DNA of 60,796 bases, counting the filler. It is 5 parts of 5 records of this genome, joined end to end, with 100 filler letters (N's around TTAATTAATTAA, not from the genome) between each part and the next. Parts side by side here need not be neighbours in the genome. Positions count along the whole stretch, not along the records: positions 1 to 11,544 come from SRR31156797_4894; positions 11,645 to 33,434 come from SRR31156797_4895; 3 more parts are not named here. The stretch is one strand, 5' to 3'. The number at the start of each line of letters is the position of its first letter. The first letter of the stretch is position 1. The notes under the pieces are model-generated. The model saw nothing but the letters and a program-made list of their open reading frames with translations, did no database searches and was not told the DNA's origin. Positions 9,431 through 17,114 of the stretch are shown piece after piece. The translations under genes were made by a program, and so were the position numbers.

Positions 9431-10555
9431 ATGCGTTTTTACGCTTTTTGTTTAATATTTTTTCTTGTAAAGTTCTCGGTTGCTCAGGTTCACAACCCTC
9501 ATACCGGAGAAATACTTCCTTTCACTGAAATTGGTGAGTTTCAGCTGTCAGATGGTAACTTTTTAAATTATAATGCTCAGTATGGTTTGATAAATCATAT
9601 GGACAGGATAAATGCTTTACCATTTGTTGTAATTCAAAGAGATTCTTTAAATCCCTGGTTAGTAATTTTGAACGGGGGGCCTGGTAGATCCAATTTAAGG
9701 TTATCTTTTGAATTGGATTCTATACTTCCAAGATATAATGTTTTAATTCCGGGTTATAGAGGAATTGATGATAAGGTATTCGAAGGTTATGATCAATTAA
9801 GTTCAGATACAATAAAATTGTTTGTTAGAAATCATCGGCCATTATTTGGCTCACAAAATGTTTGTCAAGATATAAACTTAATTACTTCTTCTCTGGGTAT
9901 TGATAGTGTTTCGTTGCTATCCCATAGCTATGGAACTATAATTGCAGCTGAGTTAGCAAATACAAATTCTGATTTGGTAGATACAATTTTTGCTTTTTCT
10001 CCGGTTCATTACAAAAAACCTTACCCTTCTCCCAATCGATTAAAATACATTTTTAAAGATATATCATTGAAGTTAGGTATTGATCCTGAAGAAATTATAA
10101 ATAAACTTGGTTTATTGGCAAATAACGCAAAATCTAATATGTTTTATATGGGAGTAATTTCTTCGATGTATACTAGAGAAGATATTGAGATTATGATTAA
10201 TGATCTTCATAATGACAACCTTAGTGTAAACGATTTTGTGCATAAGGGGCAGGGGTTTGTTAGTAAAAAATGGCTTTTTGACTTTGGCTTGAAATTTTGT
10301 GTCATTTCTCCGCTTGCTGATACTAGTAATGATATTTTTTATAAGGTATCCAAAGGATTTAAAGATATTATTGATGGCTATCTGGTTAATAAAGAATGTC
10401 AAGAAGTTAATAAGAGTTTACATGAACTGCCGGTGAGAATTTTTATTCCAGAATATGATTTTTTCTTTAATGATTTTGACAAAAACTATATAGATTCTTG
10501 CGGATGTGGACATGCAGATATGTGGAAAATAGCTCCATCATTTTTATGGAAATAA
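9431..10555 (+). CDS. Exported alpha/beta-fold hydrolase
   Basis: Signal peptide; LNGGPG oxyanion motif; SHSYG nucleophile elbow; C-terminal GHAD His. Confidence 0.7.
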   Translation: MRFYAFCLIFFLVKFSVAQVHNPHTGEILPFTEIGEFQLSDGNFLNYNAQYGLINHMDRINALPFVVIQRDSLNPWLVILNGGPGRSNLRLSFELDSILPRYNVLIPGYRGIDDKVFEGYDQLSSDTIKLFVRNHRPLFGSQNVCQDINLITSSLGIDSVSLLSHSYGTIIAAELANTNSDLVDTIFAFSPVHYKKPYPSPNRLKYIFKDISLKLGIDPEEIINKLGLLANNAKSNMFYMGVISSMYTREDIEIMINDLHNDNLSVNDFVHKGQGFVSKKWLFDFGLKFCVISPLADTSNDIFYKVSKGFKDIIDGYLVNKECQEVNKSLHELPVRIFIPEYDFFFNDFDKNYIDSCGCGHADMWKIAPSFLWK

Positions 10556-10581
10556 TCATAGTTTTCTGATTTATCAAATGG

Positions 10582-11544
10582 CTATTTGGAGATTACGATA
10601 GCCTCAACACGTCTATTTTTGTTTCTTTCTTCTTCAGTATTGCCAGGATTTAATGGCTGTGAATTACCTGAGCTACTATACCTTAAGTTTTTGAATCCTT
10701 TTTTCATTAAATATGTCATAACTGATTTAGCTCTATTTTCTGCTACTTGAATATTTTCAATAGCTTCAATAGCATCGCAATGACCTACAATCTCAAGTTC
10801 AATTCCTGGATTATTTTGGAGTATACCTGCTAGGCGATCTAATTCAGCCATTGACTCAGGTGTTAAATTATCCTGATTCGGTTCAAAGACCATAGCTTGC
10901 AGATTAACAGTACTACCTACGGTTATATAATCAAGCATTATTTCTCTCTTAACATTTTTAAATGTTGTAATTTGAGAAGTTGGTAAGTTTTCAGAATAGA
11001 ACCAATAGCCATCAGAAGTAATCACTAGTTTGTAGTTTTGACCAGCTAAATAAGATACATAGAATTGGCCGGTTTTTCCATTACTTTGTGTTGATGCAAC
11101 AATGTTACCAGTTTTATTATCAATTATCCTAACATCTGCTTTAATAGGTTTAAATGTTGCAGCATCCTTAACAGAGCCTCCCATATTTGTTCTTCTAATT
11201 ACACGGACATTTCTTTCCTGGCCTTCAAAATCAAGATTATTGCTGAAGTTAATTCTTCTGCGTTTTTCGTTTAGAATAAAGTTAATTTCAAATTGTCTGT
11301 ATCCGTTTAGTTCAACTGTAAAGTCATTTTGTTCTAAATTAAAATGCTCATAAAAAATATTATTCATTTTAATTTGATAATGATCAACATTTGGAACATA
11401 TAAAATAAATTCACCATTTCTATCTGTAAGGGTAGAATAAACATTTCCTTTACTATCTGTTGCTGTAACTTTAATATTTGCAGGTGAAATATTACCAAGA
11501 TTTGAAAGTTTTGATCTATTTAGTATAACATTTCCAAATATTTT
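10582..11544 (-). CDS. OmpA C-terminal domain protein with carboxypeptidase-regulatory-like domains, 5'-truncated
   Basis: GHCD...ENRA...NRRVE OmpA_C motifs; frame stays open from 11367 to the contig end. Confidence 0.8.
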   Translation of the reverse strand, partial: KIFGNVILNRSKLSNLGNISPANIKVTATDSKGNVYSTLTDRNGEFILYVPNVDHYQIKMNNIFYEHFNLEQNDFTVELNGYRQFEINFILNEKRRRINFSNNLDFEGQERNVRVIRRTNMGGSVKDAATFKPIKADVRIIDNKTGNIVASTQSNGKTGQFYVSYLAGQNYKLVITSDGYWFYSENLPTSQITTFKNVKREIMLDYITVGSTVNLQAMVFEPNQDNLTPESMAELDRLAGILQNNPGIELEIVGHCDAIEAIENIQVAENRAKSVMTYLMKKGFKNLRYSSSGNSQPLNPGNTEEERNKNRRVEAIVISK

Positions 11545-11644
11545 NNNNNNNNNNNNNNNNNNNNNNNNNNNNNNNNNNNNNNNNNNNNTTAATTAATTAA
11601 NNNNNNNNNNNNNNNNNNNNNNNNNNNNNNNNNNNNNNNNNNNN
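11545..11644. other. Artificial contig linker
   Basis: N44-TTAATTAATTAA-N44. Confidence 0.98.
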
Positions 11645-12014
11645 GGCTCCAATGCGTTCTCACATCTTCCACTTGTTCCACACTGTGAAAACGGGTCGTA
11701 AGGCTACTTTCTGGTATGGTGCTCGTTCTTTAAAAGAGGTATTCTATGCAGATCAGTTCGATGCTATCGCAGCTGATTTCCCTAACTTCGAATGGCATTT
11801 GGCACTTTCTGAGCCACTACCAGAAGATAATTGGGAAGGACCTACAGGATTTATTCACCAGGTGATTTACGATAACTACTTGTCTAAACATGATGAGCCG
11901 GAAGATATCGAATATTACTTATGTGGACCTCCAATGATGAATTCAGCTGTTGAAAACATGCTGTATGATATGGGAGTACCAGATGAAATGGTTGAGTTTG
12001 ACGATTTCGGATGA
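11645..12014 (+). CDS. nqrF: Na+-translocating NADH:quinone reductase subunit F, C-terminal part
   Basis: [40 protein letters not shown] terminus. Confidence 0.95.
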
Positions 12015-12026
12015 TAAAAATATATT

Positions 12027-12059
12027 ACAAGCCTCGATTTCTCGAGGCTTGTTTGTTTT
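12027..12059 (+). terminator. Intrinsic terminator after nqrF
   Basis: ACAAGCCTCGA-tttc-TCGAGGCTTGT then TTGTTTT. Confidence 0.8.
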
Positions 12060-12100
12060 ACAGAGCTTGTGTATTTTCATAGCGAATTAAGAATTAAATC

Positions 12101-13108
12101 ATGAGAAAAATATTTCTTCTTACCCTCGTTGGTTTAAGTGTTCTTTTAGGAGCATGTCAGGATCAAAAGGAAAAATATCATTTTAATGAAGGTCAGATTT
12201 TTGGCACCTTCTATCATATCATTTATGAGTATCCTAATCAGGAAGGATTACAAACTGAAATTTTAGAAAAACTAAATGAGTTTGATTATTCCTTATCAAC
12301 TTATAAAGTAGAATCGGTAATTTCAAAAGTGAATAACAACGATTCTACTGTTGTATTGGATCATTATTTTAAAACGGTTTTTGCAAAAAGTGAAGAGGTC
12401 GCTAAAATTACAGATGGAGCTTTTGATTGGACAGTTGCTCCTTTAGCTAATGCCTGGGGATTTGGTTTTAAAAATAAGTTGGATCCAGACGAAATACCGG
12501 TTGATAGTTTATTGGCAATAGTCGGATATCAAAAAGTGAAATTAGAGGCTGGAAAAGTGATTAAAGAGGATCCTAGAATCATGTTTGATGCCAGTGCCAT
12601 TGCCAAAGGTTATGGTGTTGATGTTGTAGCGGATTTTTTGGAAACAAAAGGGATTACCAATTACATGGTTGAAATTGGTGGTGAAATTCGAGCAAATGGA
12701 CTAAGTAATAAGGAAAGATTATGGAGGGTTGGAATTGATAAACCAATTGATGATCCATCGAGCTTATCCCGACAAATTCAAGATGTAATAGAATTGGATA
12801 ATGGCGCAATGGCTACTTCTGGTAATTACCGACAATTCTACGTGAAGGATGGTAAAAAATATGCTCATACTATCGATCCAAGACTGGGATATCCTGTGCA
12901 GCACAGTTTGCTTTCTGCTTCGGTTATAGCACCTGAATGTATGACGGCAGATGCTTATGCAACAGCATTTATGGTTCTTGGATTAGAGAAAAGTATTGAG
13001 ATTGTAGAGAAGGATCCGCAAATGGAGGCTTATTTTATTTATGCTGACGAAAAAGGAAACCTTCAAGTTTATATTAGTGAAAGTTTAAAGACTAGAATTT
13101 TAAAATAA
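12101..13108 (+). CDS. apbE: FAD:protein FMN transferase (lipoprotein)
   Basis: LGAC lipobox; DASAIAKGYGVD; EIGGE; ATSGNY; ADAYATA; follows nqrF. Confidence 0.95.
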   Translation: MRKIFLLTLVGLSVLLGACQDQKEKYHFNEGQIFGTFYHIIYEYPNQEGLQTEILEKLNEFDYSLSTYKVESVISKVNNNDSTVVLDHYFKTVFAKSEEVAKITDGAFDWTVAPLANAWGFGFKNKLDPDEIPVDSLLAIVGYQKVKLEAGKVIKEDPRIMFDASAIAKGYGVDVVADFLETKGITNYMVEIGGEIRANGLSNKERLWRVGIDKPIDDPSSLSRQIQDVIELDNGAMATSGNYRQFYVKDGKKYAHTIDPRLGYPVQHSLLSASVIAPECMTADAYATAFMVLGLEKSIEIVEKDPQMEAYFIYADEKGNLQVYISESLKTRILK

Positions 13109-13111
13109 GAT

Positions 13112-13209
13112 CTAGAAGTTATCGGTTTTCTGTCTGCCTACGCTTGCGAAAATGTAGTTGTTATGAAATAATACAAACAGAGATCAACGGAAAACCGATA
13201 ACCAATAGT
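13112..13209 (-). ncRNA. ssrS: Probable 6S RNA (6S-Flavo type)
   Basis: Closing stem GTTATCGGTTTTC(C/T)GT pairs 13118-13133 with 13187-13202; central AU-rich bulge; apical CTAC...GCAAGC-GTAG; resembles the short Bacteroidota 6S RNA as I recall it. Confidence 0.6.
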
Positions 13210-13213
13210 TTAT

Positions 13214-13381
13214 TTAATTTACTTCGCAATTTCCTGATTCTTCATTTTCACATCCACAAGAACTACATCCTCCACCTGTGAATTTTGCATTTTTGTCGAA
13301 TAGTAGTTTAATCGCAAAACCTGCAAATGCAAGCAGCAATAGAAAAAGCGAAAGCAATAATATTTTAAAAAATACAAGCAT
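13214..13381 (-). CDS. Small single-TM Cys-rich protein, 55 aa, NqrM-like; missing from the ORF track
   Basis: MLVFFKILLLSLFLLLLAFAGFAIKLLFDKNAKFTGGGCSSCGCENEESGNCEVN; A-rich leader AAAACTAAAAACC-ATG. Confidence 0.75.
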   Translation of the reverse strand: MLVFFKILLLSLFLLLLAFAGFAIKLLFDKNAKFTGGGCSSCGCENEESGNCEVN

Positions 13382-13485
13382 GGTTTTTAGTTTTGTACTT
13401 CTAACTAATTACGAACTTAAATCGTGTAAGGTTGTATTTTGGAAAGAGATTTAGATCTTTTTAACTTTTAAGATTGGTTAAGTGC

Positions 13486-13731
13486 TTATAAAGATTGTAG
13501 TTCTTTATCAAGAAGACTCATTTTATTGCTCTGTTTAGCATTTCTTCCTTTTGCTTGCTCCATTTTGTGCTGAGTAGTTGCACATGCAATTCCCCTCTTT
13601 TTCAGCTCTTCATTTTTCCCAATGTGCAGTTCAGGAAATCTGCCATTCTTTTTAATTAGTATAGATATTGCTAATCCTATAAAGGCAATTCCCAAAATAA
13701 CTACAGTTATAAGTAAAATTTTTACAATCAT
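13486..13731 (-). CDS. Small single-TM protein, similar to the adjacent 55-aa ORF
   Basis: TM then AISILIKKNGRFP (cf. AIKLLFDKNAKFT); single Cys; TATCTTTG -7 box upstream. Confidence 0.75.
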   Translation of the reverse strand: MIVKILLITVVILGIAFIGLAISILIKKNGRFPELHIGKNEELKKRGIACATTQHKMEQAKGRNAKQSNKMSLLDKELQSL

Positions 13732-13961
13732 TTGAATAATTCTTAATAATTTAAAGGCAAAGATATCATTTCAGTCTTGTAAGACCAAATGAATGCAGAT
13801 TTAAAGGTCTGAAATACTTGTTGAGATTCTTCTTATTTAGAATTATTCTTGCTAAATTTGATTTTGAAAAAATCAAATTAATTCTGTTAAATAAACACAC
13901 TAACATACTTAGGATATTGAAATAAGGGGGAAATTATTTCAAGTCCGACAAATACAAAAAT

Positions 13962-16406
13962 ATGTCTGAAATAGTAAAGGAAAACAAAGAAGGGAATGAT
14001 GAAAATTTATCCTTTGAAGATTTTACTTCCGAAGTTCTTAAAGATTATCGCATAGCTAATATTAGTCGTCAATTAAGTATTTTGGGGCGAAAAGAAGTAC
14101 TTACCGGAAAAGCTAAATTTGGTATTTTTGGCGACGGAAAGGAAATCGCTCAAATTGCAATGGCAAAATCGTTCAAGGAGGGGGATTGGAGATCTGGATA
14201 TTATCGAGATCAAACATTTATGCTGGCCTCTGGAATGCTAACCCCTGAGGAATTTTTCGCACAACTGTTTGGGGAAACTCAGATAGATAAGAATCCGGCA
14301 AATGGAGGTCGTTTAATGAACAATCATTATGCTTCAAGAAGTTTGAACGAAGATGGGAGTTGGAAGGACTTAACAAAGCAAAAAAATTCATCAGCAGATA
14401 TTTCTCCTACAGCAGGTCAGATGCCTCGATTATTAGGATTGGCGTATGCTTCTAAATTGTTCAGAGAAAACAAAGAATTACATCAATTCAACAAATTTTC
14501 TATAAAAGGAAATGAAGTTGCTTTTGGAACTATTGGAGATTCAAGTACATCAGAAGGACATTTTTGGGAGACCATTAATGCAGCGGGTGTTTTAAAAGTA
14601 CCAATGGCAATGAGTGTTTGGGATGATGGTTGGGGGATTTCTGTCCCGAACAAATATCAAACAACCAAATCGAATATCTCAGAAGTTTTAAAAGGCTTTG
14701 AGCAAGATGAAAATGGTGATGGATATCTAATATACAAGGCTAAAGGATGGGATTATCCAGCTCTTTGTAAAATGTATGTAGAAGGAGTTGAACTTTGCCG
14801 TAGAGATCATATACCAACATTATTTCACGTAACTGAAATGACTCAACCTTTAGGACATTCAACTTCAGGATCGCATGAAAGATACAAGACAAAGGAGCGA
14901 TTGGAATGGGAGAAAGAATTTGATCCAATCAAAAAAATGAGAGAATGGATTCTTTCAATGGAGCTGGTTGAAGGTGCAAAATTGGATGAAATAGAAGCTG
15001 ATGCCATCGAAGAAGTGAAACAAGCCCGTAAGGCGGCATGGAAAACTTTTATCGATCCGATTAAAAAGGAACGTGATAATTTGATCAAGTTGGTTGAAAA
15101 TGCCGGCTGTGATTGCAAAAAAACGGAAAGAATTGACGCTATCACCAATGGATTAAAGAAAATTATTAATCCGGTACGTAAAGATAATGTTAGTGCTGCG
15201 AAGAAAATTCTAAGACACATTTGTTCAACCTGTGAAAGTTTTAAACCATTAAAATCTCAGTTGCAAGAATGGTTAAAGAATACGATTGAAGAGAATCATG
15301 AAAGATATAGTAGTTATTTGTATTCCGAAACAGAATTAGGCATCCAGAATATAAAAGCTGTTGATCCAATATATAGTGATACCTCTAAAACTGTGAATGG
15401 TCGGGAAGTACTTCGTGATAATTTTGAGAAACTCTTCACTAAATATCCATTGCTTTTGACCTTTGGTGAAGATACTGGCTTTATTGGTGGTGTGAATCAA
15501 AGTTTAGAAGGAATGCAGGAAAAGTTTGGTGAGTTAAGAGTTACCGATACCGGAATTCGCGAAGCTACCATTCTAGGGCAAGGTATTGGCTTAGCTTTAC
15601 GAGGAATGCGTCCAATTGCTGAAATTCAGTATTTTGATTATCTATTGTATGCTTTGCAAACCATGAGTGATGATTTGGCAACCATGCAATATCGTACCAA
15701 AGGTGGTCAAAAAGCGCCGGTGGTAATTCGTACGCGTGGTCATAGACTTGAGGGGATTTGGCATTCAGGTTCTCCGTTAAGTATGGTTATAAATTCTATC
15801 CGTGGGGTACATGTTTGTGTTCCAAGAAACATGACTATTGCTGCAGGATTATACAATACACTTTTAGAATCGGATGAACCAGCTTTGGTTATTGAACCAT
15901 TGAATGGATATCGATTAAAGGAAAAGCTTCCTGACAATTTGGGAGAGTTTAAAACTTCGTTGGGAGTACCTGAGGTTTTAAATGAGGGTTCGGATATTAC
16001 TTTGGTAACTTATGGATCATGTGTTCGAATTGCAGAAGATGCAGTTAAGCAATTGAAAGATTTTGATATTTCAGTGGAACTAATTGATGTACAAACATTA
16101 CTGCCATTTGATGTGAACAGTCGAATTCTTGAATCTGTTAAAAAGACAAATCGAATTGTATTTTTCGATGAGGATGTTCCAGGTGGAGCAACTGCATTTA
16201 TGATGCAGAAGGTTTTGGAAGATCAAAAGGCATACTTTTACCTAGATTCAGAGCCTAAAACAATTACAGCAAAAGATCATCGTCCGGCTTATGGAACAGA
16301 TGGAGATTATTTCTCAAATCCTAATGCAGAGGATGTTTTTGAATTAATCTATGAGATAATGAGGGAGTCAAATCCAGATAAATTTCCTTCGATATATATT
16401 AATTAG
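13962..16406 (+). CDS. 2-oxoacid dehydrogenase E1, fused alpha/beta
   Basis: GYYRD, TPP-binding GDSSTSEG, GHSTSG, DTGIREA, AEIQYFDY, transketolase C-terminal domain. Confidence 0.9.
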   Translation: MSEIVKENKEGNDENLSFEDFTSEVLKDYRIANISRQLSILGRKEVLTGKAKFGIFGDGKEIAQIAMAKSFKEGDWRSGYYRDQTFMLASGMLTPEEFFAQLFGETQIDKNPANGGRLMNNHYASRSLNEDGSWKDLTKQKNSSADISPTAGQMPRLLGLAYASKLFRENKELHQFNKFSIKGNEVAFGTIGDSSTSEGHFWETINAAGVLKVPMAMSVWDDGWGISVPNKYQTTKSNISEVLKGFEQDENGDGYLIYKAKGWDYPALCKMYVEGVELCRRDHIPTLFHVTEMTQPLGHSTSGSHERYKTKERLEWEKEFDPIKKMREWILSMELVEGAKLDEIEADAIEEVKQARKAAWKTFIDPIKKERDNLIKLVENAGCDCKKTERIDAITNGLKKIINPVRKDNVSAAKKILRHICSTCESFKPLKSQLQEWLKNTIEENHERYSSYLYSETELGIQNIKAVDPIYSDTSKTVNGREVLRDNFEKLFTKYPLLLTFGEDTGFIGGVNQSLEGMQEKFGELRVTDTGIREATILGQGIGLALRGMRPIAEIQYFDYLLYALQTMSDDLATMQYRTKGGQKAPVVIRTRGHRLEGIWHSGSPLSMVINSIRGVHVCVPRNMTIAAGLYNTLLESDEPALVIEPLNGYRLKEKLPDNLGEFKTSLGVPEVLNEGSDITLVTYGSCVRIAEDAVKQLKDFDISVELIDVQTLLPFDVNSRILESVKKTNRIVFFDEDVPGGATAFMMQKVLEDQKAYFYLDSEPKTITAKDHRPAYGTDGDYFSNPNAEDVFELIYEIMRESNPDKFPSIYIN

Positions 16407-16427
16407 ACTTATTTTAAGTAAAGTTTT

Positions 16428-16460
16428 AATCCGTAAATATTTATTTACGGATTTTTTTGT
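16428..16460 (+). terminator. Intrinsic terminator after E1
   Basis: AATCCGTAAATA-tt-TATTTACGGATT plus T-run. Confidence 0.85.
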
Positions 16461-16464
16461 TCCA

Positions 16465-16492
16465 TGTCACCCATTATTACGTACTACTTGTT
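16465..16492 (+). promoter_or_regulatory. Putative ECF-sigma promoter, unit 1
   Basis: TGTCACC-N17-TGTT; recurs at 16689 and 16950. Confidence 0.6.
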
Positions 16493-16499
16493 ATATAAA

Positions 16500-16646
16500 T
16501 GTTCGAAAGATTAAAAGTAGTCTTTTGAAAAAACTTTTAGTTAGTAATAGTTGGATGTAATGTGGTAATTCTTACAACAATAATGACTAATCGAGCTCAA
16601 ATATAAAGAGCAACAGCCGTTTCTTTGAGACGGCTGTTTTTTGTTT
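16500..16646 (+). ncRNA. Putative sRNA, unit 1 of tandem array
   Basis: 5' hairpin 16502-16529; core TTTTAGTTAGT 16535; terminator AACAGCCGTTTC/GAGACGGCTGTT 16612-16638 plus T-run. Confidence 0.6.
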
Positions 16647-16688
16647 AAAATGATATTTATTCAAAATAAGACAAATTTGTCGATTCTT

Positions 16689-16716
16689 TGTCACCCATTT
16701 TTCGAATAAGGCTGTT
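16689..16716 (+). promoter_or_regulatory. Putative ECF-sigma promoter, unit 2
   Basis: TGTCACC-N17-TGTT, followed by AATGTTCGA at the same offset as unit 1. Confidence 0.6.
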
Positions 16717-16723
16717 TTAGTAA

Positions 16724-16875
16724 TGTTCGAGGAGAGAATTAGGGGTCTTGAATTGAATGTTTTTAGTATGTAGTGCCTATGTAATTAGGTGATGTAAAAA
16801 TATCAGGGCACAATTTTAAAGGGCTATATCATATAGCAATAAGCAGTCATTCTTAGGGGGAGTGACTGTTTTTTT
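16724..16875 (+). ncRNA. Putative sRNA, unit 2
   Basis: TTCGAGG/TCTTGAA 5' hairpin; core TTTTAGT..ATGTAAT..GGT; terminator GCAGTCATTC/GAGTGACTGT 16843-16869 plus T-run. Confidence 0.55.
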
Positions 16876-16949
16876 ATGTCTAAATCTCAGTTCATAAAAT
16901 AGTTAATACTAAGGCAAGCATGTTAAATTTTGTTAAAAATGAATTTGCC

Positions 16950-16976
16950 TGTCACCTTTTTACAATTTTACACGTC
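16950..16976 (+). promoter_or_regulatory. Putative ECF-sigma promoter, unit 3
   Basis: TGTCACC-N16-CGTC. Confidence 0.6.
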
Positions 16977-16983
16977 TTTAGAG

Positions 16984-17112
16984 TATAAGTTTTTAGTTAG
17001 TGTTGGTTTGATACATTGTGGTTAGTGGTAAAATTGTCGTAATAGATAATTACAAATCAACATAAAATATAAACCTGGCATTATTCTTTTCTGTAGAATG
17101 CCAGGTTTTTTG
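16984..17112 (+). ncRNA. Putative sRNA, unit 3
   Basis: Core 16991-17022 is 25/32 identical to unit 1; stem TGTTGGTTTG/CAAATCAACA; terminator AAACCTGGCATT/AATGCCAGGTTT, probably also serving the convergent nhaC-family gene. Confidence 0.55.
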
Positions 17113-17114
17113 TT

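Noticed and set aside
11545-11644. TTAATTAATTAA palindrome repeated four times within N runs
   Set aside because: Synthetic all-frame-stop linker, not biology; ORFs running into Xs are contig truncations, not pseudogenes.
16465-17112. CRISPR array or toxin-antitoxin interpretation of the repeated units
   Set aside because: No identical 23-47-nt repeats with regular spacers, no cas genes, and no convincing small toxin ORF seen.
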